46,961 bases of DNA, from the IMG/VR virus record IMGVR_UViG_3300028388_002071, positions 1-46,961 of that record; one strand, 5' to 3'. Shown piece by piece: positions 24,854-34,600 of this stretch. Source of the DNA: a virus (lineage: Duplodnaviria; Caudoviricetes). Each line of letters starts with the position of its first letter. The first letter of the stretch is position 1. Below the pieces are notes generated by a model, which saw only the letters and a program-made list of their open reading frames with translations, had not been told where the DNA came from and searched no databases. Position numbers and translations under genes: made by a program.

Positions 24854-25032
24854 GCACCGTCGAAATAGAGATGATGAACGAGTTGCTCGACCGGATCGTC
24901 GCCCTGGAGGCCCGCGGAGCCGACCAAGAGCGCCGCATTCGCTGGCTTGAGGACCGCGTTCAGCACCCTCGCAAGTACCAGCATCACAGTGACTACTGCG
25001 ACGTCGATTTCGCGCCTGGTGGTTCCGAATGA
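24850..25032 (+). CDS. Hypothetical 60-aa coiled-coil protein
   Basis: ATGA coupling on both sides. Confidence 0.55.
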   Translation: MSTVEIEMMNELLDRIVALEARGADQERRIRWLEDRVQHPRKYQHHSDYCDVDFAPGGSE

Positions 25033-25145
25033 AAAAGCTCGGCGACCTATACCTCGCCGCCCTGCGGAGCGCAGTCGCAGTCCTGGCGATAGCGATAGCC
25101 ACCATCGTTGGCTTCGCGTGGGGCATGGGGTACTTGATGCGATGA
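25029..25145 (+). CDS. 38-aa membrane peptide (MKKLGDLYLAALRSAVAVLAIAIATIVGFAWGMGYLMR), not in ORF track
   Basis: ATGA coupling on both sides; one TM helix. Confidence 0.55.
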   Translation: MKKLGDLYLAALRSAVAVLAIAIATIVGFAWGMGYLMR

Positions 25146-25840
25146 GAGTCATCGACCGCCCAGGGATCATCATCGAAGACCGGCACATTACCGGCCCGGG
25201 CCCCCTGCTGCTCGTCAACTGCCACGGGGCGAAGATCCGCCGCGTCACCGTGGACACGCCGCGGGAAGGCATTTTCCTCCGGGACTGCTACGGGGTCGAG
25301 ATTGAAGACGTGGACGTGCGAGCGTCGAGAACCGGGCTCTACTGCTCGCGCACCCGAGACGTGACCGTCCGCGGATCGACTTTCTTCGACTGCGGCAACG
25401 GCGGGCTCGCATGGTGGAAGCGCGAGGCCATCGCCCTCGACGGCGCCCAGGACACCCTGGTCGAGGACGTGAAGGTCATCGAATGCGACGTGGGCATCGC
25501 CACCTATAGCAACTGCGGCGAGCACGGGAGCGCCCCCAGGCAGCCAGCGACCCGCAACGAAATCCGTCACTGCACGTTCGACAATGGGCACATCGGCATC
25601 TGGTTCGGCTCCCGGCAGTGGCGCGACATGCGCGGCTGGGACTGCACCCGAGCCGGCGGCTGGGAGTGGGACGTGATGACCCCGAAACAGCCGTTCCCGA
25701 AGTGGCTAAAGCCGCGGTTCCCCTATTTTGGCGTCAGGTCTTGGATTGTGCCCGATGTGGTCTACGGGAACACCGAGACGGGGAACGAGTTCGGCGGGGT
25801 GAGCTACCCCGTGATCGACAACCAACTGAGGTCGAAATGA
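25142..25840 (+). CDS. Right-handed parallel beta-helix (pectate-lyase-like) protein
   Basis: Repeating GI.L..C....I.D, GLY......TVRGSTF, AIALDG...T.VE, N.IR.CTF rungs. Confidence 0.7.
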   Translation: MRVIDRPGIIIEDRHITGPGPLLLVNCHGAKIRRVTVDTPREGIFLRDCYGVEIEDVDVRASRTGLYCSRTRDVTVRGSTFFDCGNGGLAWWKREAIALDGAQDTLVEDVKVIECDVGIATYSNCGEHGSAPRQPATRNEIRHCTFDNGHIGIWFGSRQWRDMRGWDCTRAGGWEWDVMTPKQPFPKWLKPRFPYFGVRSWIVPDVVYGNTETGNEFGGVSYPVIDNQLRSK

Positions 25841-26145
25841 AAATCAAGGAATACGTCAACCTCACCGGCATCAGGCCCGAAATGCTCATCGCGCTGATGG
25901 CCGCTCAGGAGGCATACCGCAAGCGCAGCGCCGAGGTCATCATCACCTCCGCGCTCGACGGTCAGCACTCGGCAACAAGCCTGCACTATGCCGGCTGCGC
26001 CGTGGACCTTCGCACCCGGCACCTCCGCGGCACCCAGGCCCAGGAGATCGCCGACGAACTCAACGCCGCCCTCGGCCAGCAGTACGACGTGATTTATGAG
26101 GGCAACCACATCCACATCGAATATCAGCCGAGGTATCTCCCATGA
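25837..26145 (+). CDS. Endolysin, peptidase M15 / Hedgehog-DD-peptidase fold
   Basis: ITS..DG.H...SLHY.G.AVD.R ... HIHIE zinc ligands; adjacent to holin. Confidence 0.75.
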   Translation: MKIKEYVNLTGIRPEMLIALMAAQEAYRKRSAEVIITSALDGQHSATSLHYAGCAVDLRTRHLRGTQAQEIADELNAALGQQYDVIYEGNHIHIEYQPRYLP

Positions 26146-26612
26146 GCGGATTTGCCGAAGCTATTGCCGGCATTTTCAGCGCCGGCGCCAGCAAGCTCGT
26201 CGATTCCATCGGCGAGGCGCTCGACCGCAACATCACCAGCGATCACGAACGCCTCCAGCTTGAAGCGCAAGTGCAGGAAGCCCTCAAGGATTTGCAGGAA
26301 AAGGTGCTGATCGCCAAGCAAGTCGAAGAACAAGAGCTGACCAAGCGGGCCCAGGCCGACATGCAGTCGGATTCGCCGCTCGCGAAGAACGTCAGACCGC
26401 TAACGCTGATCTTCCTAACCCTGGCCGTCACCGGAATCGCAGTATGGACTATCGACGGCGTGGCACCGGAGCGGGTCGGCGTTCTTTCAGTGTGGACCGA
26501 CCTATTCACCGGATTGCTCATGTTGGTGTACGGGTTCTATTTCGGGTCCAGGGGATTAGAGAAGATCGCCGAGAAAATCGGCAACCGCCTATCAACCAAC
26601 CTCAAGAGGTAA
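26142..26612 (+). CDS. Holin (GTA-type 3TM-like)
   Basis: ID...TSD.E, R..ADM.SDS.L.KNVRP, two TM helices, FYFGSRG.EK. Confidence 0.82.
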   Translation: MSGFAEAIAGIFSAGASKLVDSIGEALDRNITSDHERLQLEAQVQEALKDLQEKVLIAKQVEEQELTKRAQADMQSDSPLAKNVRPLTLIFLTLAVTGIAVWTIDGVAPERVGVLSVWTDLFTGLLMLVYGFYFGSRGLEKIAEKIGNRLSTNLKR

Positions 26613-26618
26613 CTAATT

Positions 26619-27167
26619 ATGGCCGTTCCGTCTACCGACAACGAACTCCTTGGTTCGATGATCGAAATTCGCTCCCCGGAGGCAATTACCAACCCGGACG
26701 CGAACAACCTGATCTATTGGCTCGACTCCTACATGACCGAGTTCAGCCGCTGCCAGAGCGCCACCCGCCGGGAAACGACCCCGCACGACCGCCGTCGTTT
26801 GCATGAGTGCATCGACGCAGTTCGCGCGCGCGTAGAGCATTTCTACGACATTCCCGAACTCGACCGCCCGAAGTACCACCCGGAAGACATTCCCGTGAAG
26901 GCGCCGCCGGCCCTCAACCGCATTGAGAACGCCGATATCCAGCACTTCATCGACTCCCTGGTGGCGATTCGGATTCAGGTCAGCTTCATGGACAGCGCCG
27001 AGCGCGCGAGCGGCCTCAGCGGTTACGACTACGACCGCATGATCGCCGAACTCGACAAGCTGGATCGCTTCATGTCGGACATTGTTGACGACAAGCCCGA
27101 CAACGACTTGCCCGATGCCGACTACCAAGAGCCGGCCGCCCAGGCAGCGATCCGCAGCAACTACTAA
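26619..27167 (+). CDS. Hypothetical helical protein built from two internal repeats
   Basis: GAGG RBS; N.D...I..L.....S...SA.R....D..R+...+D......P..D.P occurs twice. Confidence 0.75.
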   Translation: MAVPSTDNELLGSMIEIRSPEAITNPDANNLIYWLDSYMTEFSRCQSATRRETTPHDRRRLHECIDAVRARVEHFYDIPELDRPKYHPEDIPVKAPPALNRIENADIQHFIDSLVAIRIQVSFMDSAERASGLSGYDYDRMIAELDKLDRFMSDIVDDKPDNDLPDADYQEPAAQAAIRSNY

Positions 27168-27206
27168 GCCAAGGCCCAGGGCGGCAGGGACGCCGCCCAC
27201 AAGACC

Positions 27207-27419
27207 GTGAGCGATGAAGTTATGGCAGTGGTTATCCAGATGAAAGACGGACGGAGATTCGCCGGCATCGGGCCTAGGAACGAAGCTCGCATACGCGCCG
27301 CCGTGATCGCCCTACGCCACGGGATTAACCCCCGCGTAGCGACCGATCTCACCGTCGATGAATACCACTACCAGGGCACCGAGGAACACCAGGGTATCGT
27401 CGTGGAGCATTACGCATGA
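27207..27419 (+). CDS. Hypothetical protein
   Basis: ATGA coupling to the next gene. Confidence 0.5.
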   Translation: MSDEVMAVVIQMKDGRRFAGIGPRNEARIRAAVIALRHGINPRVATDLTVDEYHYQGTEEHQGIVVEHYA

Positions 27420-27691
27420 GGGTGCCCAGCAGCTTCGGGGAGTGCCTAGAAGGCAAGAGCAACGAAACGCTCTATTCGTTGCTCCACTGTCTAGCGCACC
27501 TCCATGAAGAAATGGCCGACGACACCGCAAGGTTGGCCGACCACCTAGACAGAACGGGGCAACTCGTTCAACGGGAGTGCGACATTTGTGGGCTCAACGT
27601 CACCCGTGAGGTTGTCTACGCAATGTTGCACATGACCAAAGCAGCTATTGACCGGCGCGAAAAGCGCCAACAACTCAACAAAGAGGACTAA
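27416..27691 (+). CDS. Hypothetical protein (CxxC)
   Basis: Packed between neighbours; CDIC motif. Confidence 0.55.
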   Translation: MRVPSSFGECLEGKSNETLYSLLHCLAHLHEEMADDTARLADHLDRTGQLVQRECDICGLNVTREVVYAMLHMTKAAIDRREKRQQLNKED

Positions 27692-27694
27692 GCC

Positions 27695-28426
27695 ATGTCT
27701 GACTATTCATACATCGGTGTCGGCCAGATCTACCTCCGCGACATTAACGGCAGCGGCGGCCTGATCGAAATCGGCAACGTCTCCGAACTCTCGTTCGCCG
27801 TCAACGAGGAAACCAAAGAGTTGATGGATTACACCAGCGCCGGTGGCGGCACCCGAAACGAGGTGCGCCGCATCACCGGCGTCGAGGTATCTATCACCCT
27901 CCACGACCTCAGCCCCGACAACCTTGCGGTGGCCCTGTACGGCGACACCACCGTCGTGACGGCCGGCAGCGTTACCGACGAAGCCATTACCGCCAAGCTC
28001 GGCGCCCTGGTTAAACTTGCTCACGCAGGCCCGAGCAGTGTCACCGTCAACAATGAGGCGGGCGACGTCACTTATGTCGACGGCACTGACTACGAAGTGA
28101 AGTCGGGCGGCATTCTGATTCTGGCTGATGGCGCGATCACCGCGGACCAGACCCTCCATGTCGACTACAGCTATCCCGCCCAGGACGTAGTGCAGGCACT
28201 TACCGCCTCGGCTGGCGAGTACGAGTTGCTGTTCGATGGCGTCAACGAGGCCCGGTCGGGCAAGGCGGCAGTGGTCAACGCCCACCGCGTCCGCTTCGGT
28301 GCCGCCCAGAACCTCGACCTGATCGGTGACGACTACGCTGGCCTGGAACTGACCGGCAAGCTGCTCTCGGACGACACCCAGGGTGCCGGCATCAGCCGCT
28401 ACTTCACCTCCAAGGTCGTCGCCTAA
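27695..28426 (+). CDS. Major tail tube protein
   Basis: YIG.G.+Y......IGN.S.L, DY...GGG, L....PDNLA.AL, L.F.G.N.A..G; directly before tape measure. Confidence 0.8.
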   Translation: MSDYSYIGVGQIYLRDINGSGGLIEIGNVSELSFAVNEETKELMDYTSAGGGTRNEVRRITGVEVSITLHDLSPDNLAVALYGDTTVVTAGSVTDEAITAKLGALVKLAHAGPSSVTVNNEAGDVTYVDGTDYEVKSGGILILADGAITADQTLHVDYSYPAQDVVQALTASAGEYELLFDGVNEARSGKAAVVNAHRVRFGAAQNLDLIGDDYAGLELTGKLLSDDTQGAGISRYFTSKVVA

Positions 28427-28440
28427 CAGGGGCGTGAGTA

Positions 28441-31293
28441 ATGGCTAGCACCCTCGACCTATCGCTCAAAATCCGGGCCCTCGTACAGGGCCTGAAAGAT
28501 GTGGAGTCCTTGACCAATGAGGTCGAGGCCCTCGCAAAGGAAGCGGGTGCAGACTTCAACGATCCGACCCCGCCCCTCACGGGCGGGGCCCGGACAGCCG
28601 CCACCGAACTCGGCAAGCTCAAGACCCAGGTCGTCGCCCTAGCCGCCAGCCTGGGGGCCGGCGCGCTCGCCAAGTCATTCCTCGACTCGGCCGTGGCCGT
28701 CGAGAACTTCAAAAACCAACTCACCACCATCGAAGGCAGTTCCGAGGCGGCCGAACAGTCGCTAGATTGGATTCGGGACTTCGCCACCCAAACGCCCTAC
28801 GACCTTAACGAGGTCACCGGCGCGTTCGTCAAGCTGAAATCCTACGGAATAGACCCGACGGACGGCTCGCTCCAGACCCTGGGCGACACCGCCTCCGCGA
28901 TGGGCAAGGACATAAACCAAGCGGTCGAAGCCCTCGCCGACGCCATGACCGGCGAGTACGAACGCCTGAAAGAATTCGGCATCAAAGCCCGCACCGAAGG
29001 CGACAAGGTGAAGTTCACCTATGTCTCCAACGGGAAGGAGATGGCAAAGGAGGCCGACAAAAACAGCGCGACGATGATTAAGTCCACCCTGGAAGCGATC
29101 TGGAACGAACGCTATCAGGGCGGCATGGAGCGATTCATGACCTCTTGGTCAGGGATGACCTCGAACCTCGGCGACCTCTGGACGAAGTTCAAGACCGAGG
29201 TGATGGACGCCGGCGTGTTCGACGCGCTCAAGGGCGCGCTCGAAGACCTCATCGGGGAGATCGAAACCGCCAGCCAGAACGGCGAACTCCAGCGCTGGGC
29301 CCAGGACGTGGGCAAGGCAGTCACCGCGCTCATTAACGGATTGGTGTCCCTGACGAAGTTCATGGCGGAAAACCGCGAAACGGTGGAGCTTCTAGCGACC
29401 GCCTTCCTGAGCTACAAGGCAGCCACCAGCGGCATCGCCCAGGCCACGCTCTCCTTCGGTAGCGCCCTCGTCAAGATGGGGACGGGCGCCAAGGGCGCGA
29501 CGGTAGCCATGCAAGGCCTTGGGCGCGCGTTTGGGGCGATAGCGTTCGCCTCCCTAGCACTTGACCTTATCAAGATCGCCGGCGCTCTACGCGAGATCTC
29601 ACGGGCGAACGCCCTAGCCGAAGAACACGCCGCCAACCTCGCCGTCACCCTCGACCGCCAGAAGGAAGCCCTCGCCGCCCTCGCCGAGCGCACCGGCTTG
29701 GCGATTCCCGACATGGACGCCTTCAACCAGCTTGTCAAAGACGGCACCCTGGTCGCAGGCGAAGGGGAACACGCCTGGGTGCTTGCCAGCGAGGCAATGT
29801 CCGACACGGGCACCGCCGCAGCCGGTGCCGCCGATGGGATAGACGCCAGCAAAACCGCAGCCGTGGACGCAGCGGTCGAAGTCAAGGGCCTCGCCGGGGC
29901 CCTCGCCGAGGCAGCCGCCGCGGGCGGCGAAGCCAAAACCAAGCTCCAAGAGTTGATCTCAGAGCTTGACCTGACCGACCCCGCCAAGATCACCGAGCTA
30001 TCCGCCGAGATGGCCGGTCTTCGCATCACCAGCCAGGAGACAGCCGCCGCTGTCGATGAGCAGTTGGTCGTCGCCCTTGGCAAGCTGAACCCCGAGCAGC
30101 TAGGCCAAGTCGGCGCCGCGATCAAGACCGCATTCGACGCCGGCGCCATGGGAGCCCAGGAACTGGAGCGGTTAAACAACGAGGTGCTCGTCGCCTCGTT
30201 TGAAGCTCTGGGGCTGACCGCCGAAACCGAACTCGGACGCATAAGCCCCGCCGCCCAGGACGGCATCGCCGCGGTTGATGCCATACGGGCCTCGCTTGAA
30301 CTAGCCGGCGACAACGGCGAGGCGAAGATGGCCGCCCTGGGGGCGGCCATTTCGGCGGCCCTCGAAAAGGCAGACACCCTGGTCGCCGTGGACGAACTCA
30401 AGAGCCGCATCGAACAGATGGGAAAAACCGGCGAACTCGCCGGAACCAACCTCGAAACCGCCCTCGAAGGCGTGAGGAAAAAGCTCCGGACCCTGACGCC
30501 CGGTGTGAACGACGTTCAGGAGGCATTTGAGCAGCTTGGCATTACCAGCCCCGCCGAACTTAAAAAGGTCGAAGCCTCCGCGCGGAGCGCATACCAGACC
30601 ATCAAGCAATCCGGGCAGCCGATAGAAATTCAGCGGCAGGCCTGGATGGCATACGCCAAAACCGCCATCGACGCGAACAACGGCGTCGCCTCCGCGTCGC
30701 TCAAGGCGGAAGCCTCCGCCCTCGGCCTGAAGGAAGAACTGCAAAAGCTCACCGGCGCGAACGTAGACCTCAAAAACGCCACCGGAGACTCCAAACAAAA
30801 CATCCGCGACCTCGGCAACGAGGCCGACACCACTGCCGGCAAGATGGCGAACCTTAAAAGGAACACCGAAGAAGCCGCCGAGGCACAAAAACGGTTCACC
30901 GGAGGCACTAGGACGGTCAACGTCAGCCAGATGGATCAAGCCTACGGTGAGTTCATGAAGTCGAAGCGGATCCCGTTCATGGGGCGGCGCTGGTACGAGA
31001 ACGCGATGGACGAGTGGTCAAAGATGACCGACGAAGAACGCACCGCATTCATTCCCGGCGAAAAAGAGCGCCGCGCGAAGGAGGCCGCAGCCGAGGCGGC
31101 CAAACGCGAGCCAGCCGCCCCGATAACCTCTAGGACAACCGCAGCAGAGAACCTTGTCCAGCCCGTGAAGACCGTTCGCATGAACCTGAACCTAGGCGGC
31201 AAGACCAGTTCGTTCGACGTGCTAGAAGGCCAGGAGAGCGCCGTCGAAAGCCTGCTCCGTGACCTCGAAAAGAGCATGGGGGTCGTGCAATGA
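28441..31293 (+). CDS. Tail tape measure protein
   Basis: 950 aa, Ala-rich helical; FA..TPY.L.EV..AFVKL..YG.DP, GD.A.AMG, A.ADA.TGE.ERLKEFGI. Confidence 0.93.
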   Translation: MASTLDLSLKIRALVQGLKDVESLTNEVEALAKEAGADFNDPTPPLTGGARTAATELGKLKTQVVALAASLGAGALAKSFLDSAVAVENFKNQLTTIEGSSEAAEQSLDWIRDFATQTPYDLNEVTGAFVKLKSYGIDPTDGSLQTLGDTASAMGKDINQAVEALADAMTGEYERLKEFGIKARTEGDKVKFTYVSNGKEMAKEADKNSATMIKSTLEAIWNERYQGGMERFMTSWSGMTSNLGDLWTKFKTEVMDAGVFDALKGALEDLIGEIETASQNGELQRWAQDVGKAVTALINGLVSLTKFMAENRETVELLATAFLSYKAATSGIAQATLSFGSALVKMGTGAKGATVAMQGLGRAFGAIAFASLALDLIKIAGALREISRANALAEEHAANLAVTLDRQKEALAALAERTGLAIPDMDAFNQLVKDGTLVAGEGEHAWVLASEAMSDTGTAAAGAADGIDASKTAAVDAAVEVKGLAGALAEAAAAGGEAKTKLQELISELDLTDPAKITELSAEMAGLRITSQETAAAVDEQLVVALGKLNPEQLGQVGAAIKTAFDAGAMGAQELERLNNEVLVASFEALGLTAETELGRISPAAQDGIAAVDAIRASLELAGDNGEAKMAALGAAISAALEKADTLVAVDELKSRIEQMGKTGELAGTNLETALEGVRKKLRTLTPGVNDVQEAFEQLGITSPAELKKVEASARSAYQTIKQSGQPIEIQRQAWMAYAKTAIDANNGVASASLKAEASALGLKEELQKLTGANVDLKNATGDSKQNIRDLGNEADTTAGKMANLKRNTEEAAEAQKRFTGGTRTVNVSQMDQAYGEFMKSKRIPFMGRRWYENAMDEWSKMTDEERTAFIPGEKERRAKEAAAEAAKREPAAPITSRTTAAENLVQPVKTVRMNLNLGGKTSSFDVLEGQESAVESLLRDLEKSMGVVQ

Positions 31294-31685
31294 CGATTCT
31301 ACTCTCCGACGGCAACAGCACGGTCGAGCTTCCCGACGACCTCAACTGGGTCGATGAGTACGATTGGGTTTCAGCCCGCCAAAGTTTCACGCGCTCGGTG
31401 AGCGGTAGCCTCATCATCCAGGCCGCGGCCCGCACCGCCGGCCGCCCGATCACCCTGGAGCCCCCCGACAACGGCGGTTGGATCACCCGCGCCGCGCTCG
31501 ACGCCGTGAAGGCATACGCCGACACCCCGGACCTTCAGATGACGCTCACAATGCGGAATGCGAACTACACCGTGATGTTTCGCAGCGACGAAGGCGAGCC
31601 GATCACCGCCGAGCCCCTCATGTTTTTCGCCGACCCGGCGCCCGAGCACTACGCCCTGGCGACGTTCCGGTTCATAACCGTCTGA
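31290..31685 (+). CDS. Tail tip (distal-tail-like) protein
   Basis: LP.DL.W.DE..W....Q......G.L++Q.....GRPITL; follows TMP. Confidence 0.7.
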   Translation: MTILLSDGNSTVELPDDLNWVDEYDWVSARQSFTRSVSGSLIIQAAARTAGRPITLEPPDNGGWITRAALDAVKAYADTPDLQMTLTMRNANYTVMFRSDEGEPITAEPLMFFADPAPEHYALATFRFITV

Positions 31686-31693
31686 GGTAAGTC

Positions 31694-34600
31694 ATGCCCA
31701 TTCAGGAAGGCAATATCGTTTTCGTAGAGTCCCAGGTGATGGACGACGTTCCCGAGGGCGGCGGCGCCGCCACCGGACAGGTCATCGTTGACGGGCAAAT
31801 GAACAACGTCTTCGACGACATAAGCGACCTCGACAGGGCTTATGGGCGCTTCAATCTGCGGAAGCTGTTCCTCGCGGTGAGGGCGGTGAACACCGACCTA
31901 TATGGTGGCGCAAAAACGGTCATCACCCAGCTACCCGAGGACCCGGCCGTGAACTACACGATGTTCACGACCAACGATCCGTTCGACACCCGCAACGAAG
32001 CCAGCGAAAAAGTCGAGGCATACCTCTACAAAGGGCCGGAGTGGCACGGGGTCTTGTACGGCGATCACATCGAAGGGATGCGCGCCATCAGCGTGATTCA
32101 GCGAGTAGGAACGGCGCTACCGCCTATAGGGAAAACGCTGTGCTTGGTGCAGCACGAAAACGAAGTTGGCGAGTTCGTGCAGTACGTCCGCGTCACCGAA
32201 GTCGAAGCGACGCCGACCACCTTTGCCTATCAGGTGTCAGGGGATAACGTAGTCGAGTATCAGCGTTGGGTGGTCAGGATGTCGATCAGCGATGCCCTGC
32301 GCCACGACTTTACCGGCCATGCCCCGAGCCCAACCGACAATTACAGCTTCAGCGCCAAGACGCGGATCCGCGACACTACTGTCGCCGACGCCACCCTCTA
32401 CTATGGGTCGCAGCCCCTAAAGGCCCCCGCGAGCATCGGCGACCTCTCGGTGAGCGCCGCCAGCATGTTCACGCAACTTGTGCCCAGCGCACAAACGGAA
32501 ACGGCCATGTCCTCGCAGCCGCTAGCCAGCGAGGTCGTCCCGGTAGTGGAGTCGAAGGCTGGCACCTACTCCTACACCGAACCAAGCCTGACTCTGGGAG
32601 ACGGCAACAAGCTGGTGCTGCGTTCTGGTGTGAAACCGGGCACGTTGAGCTTCAGCGTTGGTGGGTATTCGTTCGATGATGGGTATGGCATCGGGTACGT
32701 CGTGCGGAACGGCGCCGTCAACGGGACCATCGACTACACCACCGGAGAGATCATCTTCAACAGTTTGGTCCCCCAGGGTTATTCGGCCAGCCTGTCGGTC
32801 AGCTACCAGCCAGCCGCCGGCGCCGCCCAGCAGTCGCACCAAAAGAGTTTCGCAGTTACCGCTGAGAACCGGCGCCTGAACTGGCTCGACACACTATCGC
32901 CGATACCAGCCCCAAGGACCATCTCGGTCGCGTTCATGGCTCAGGGGAACTGGTATCAGTTGACCGACGACGGCAACGGGTCCATCGAAGGCGATGACGC
33001 CAGCATTGGCGCCGGAACCATCAGCTACGTCACGGGCGAGCTAGCCCTCACCCTGGGCGCCTTGCCCGACGCCGACAGCGAATTGATGCTGACCTGGGGA
33101 TCGCCGGTGCATTACAACACCCGCGGCGAGGACAACAGGATCGACGCGCGGCTGAAGATCAAGCATGACGTCGGCGAAGCCATAGCCCCAGGGACATTGG
33201 TGCTAACCTGGATTTCCGATAGCGCCACCAAGACGGCAACCGCCACAATGCACGGTGAGCTTGTCGGGCCGCCCGGGACGTCAGGGTTGGTGGTGTGCAG
33301 CGAGGGCACGTTCGAACTGGAGATGGAGCGGCCGCCAGACCCCGGCACGAAGATCGGCATCGACTACGAAAAGCACGTCACAAAGACCAAGACATTCACC
33401 GGAGTCGGCGCGGACGGAGGGATAGCCAACCTCAGCATCGGCGAAGCGGTCAAGCCCGGGAGCCTCGTTCTTCGTTGGTGGACTCAGACCACCCTCGCCA
33501 ACGGTGGCGGCCAGCAAACTCAGCAACAAAGTTCGTATGGTTCCTGGTCCTATAACCGCACCTCCAGCGGCTCGACAACTCGCCGTTTCAATCATGTCAC
33601 GACTGATGCGGGATACATGACCGAGGCCGGCAACGGCGTCATCTGGGACGGGCAGAATACTTGGGGGGCGTGGGGAAATTTTGCCTTGCTGTTTGCCAAC
33701 TGGTCGGGCGGCTTGATCAACTACTTCACCGGGGAAATAACCCTCCCGGTTATCCCTCCCGTACCGCAACAGTCGTCGTCGCATGAAGGGGGCAGTGGAT
33801 CAAGCGTGTCGTATGGCGGGTCCACGTTTTCGTGGACGGGGGCGAGTTCGAAGTCGCACGAATTTGTCAGTGGAACCGTCATCGCCGAGTACACCGCGGA
33901 CACCGAAACCAGCGTCGCGGTCAGCACCGAAATCGACATTCCCGACCTTGAGATTCGGGTTTTACCGCGCCTAGTCGACGAAATGTGTGTTCCGAACAGC
34001 CTCATCATGACATGGAACGGGCATCATTATGTCGACCGCAACGGCACCGTCTACCGCGATATAGACCCTGCCACCGGCAGCGGCATAGTCGCCGGAACTA
34101 TCGACTATGTGGCGGGGACGGTTTCGCTGTCGGACTACGTGGTGGGCGGGAGCGCTCCGTTCGTCAATGCCCTGCTGACGCGGAACGGCGACTGGATGGC
34201 GATTGAGGGATATTTCAGAACCCAGCTAGCCCCGCTCAAGCCCGAGGCCGTCAGCATCACTGTGGTAGCCGCAGACGGGGAGCAGTTGACCGGATACGCC
34301 GACGCCGATGGGAACATCACCGGCAGTTCAATAGTCGGCGAAATCAACTATGACTTCGGCACCGGGCGGGTGGCCTTCGGCGAGTACGGGCCAGACCCCG
34401 ATTATACCGGCGACGGGGAAGCGCCGACGATCTGGATTCCTCGGCTGGTAGACCCGGGCACCATGCGCTACTCGGCCGTCGCCTACAGCTACCTACCGCT
34501 CGACGCCGGCATCCTCGGCATCGATCCCGTGCGACTGCCCAGCGACGGCAGGGTCCCGATCTTCAGGGACGGTGGGGTCGTCATGGTCATCAATGTGCAA

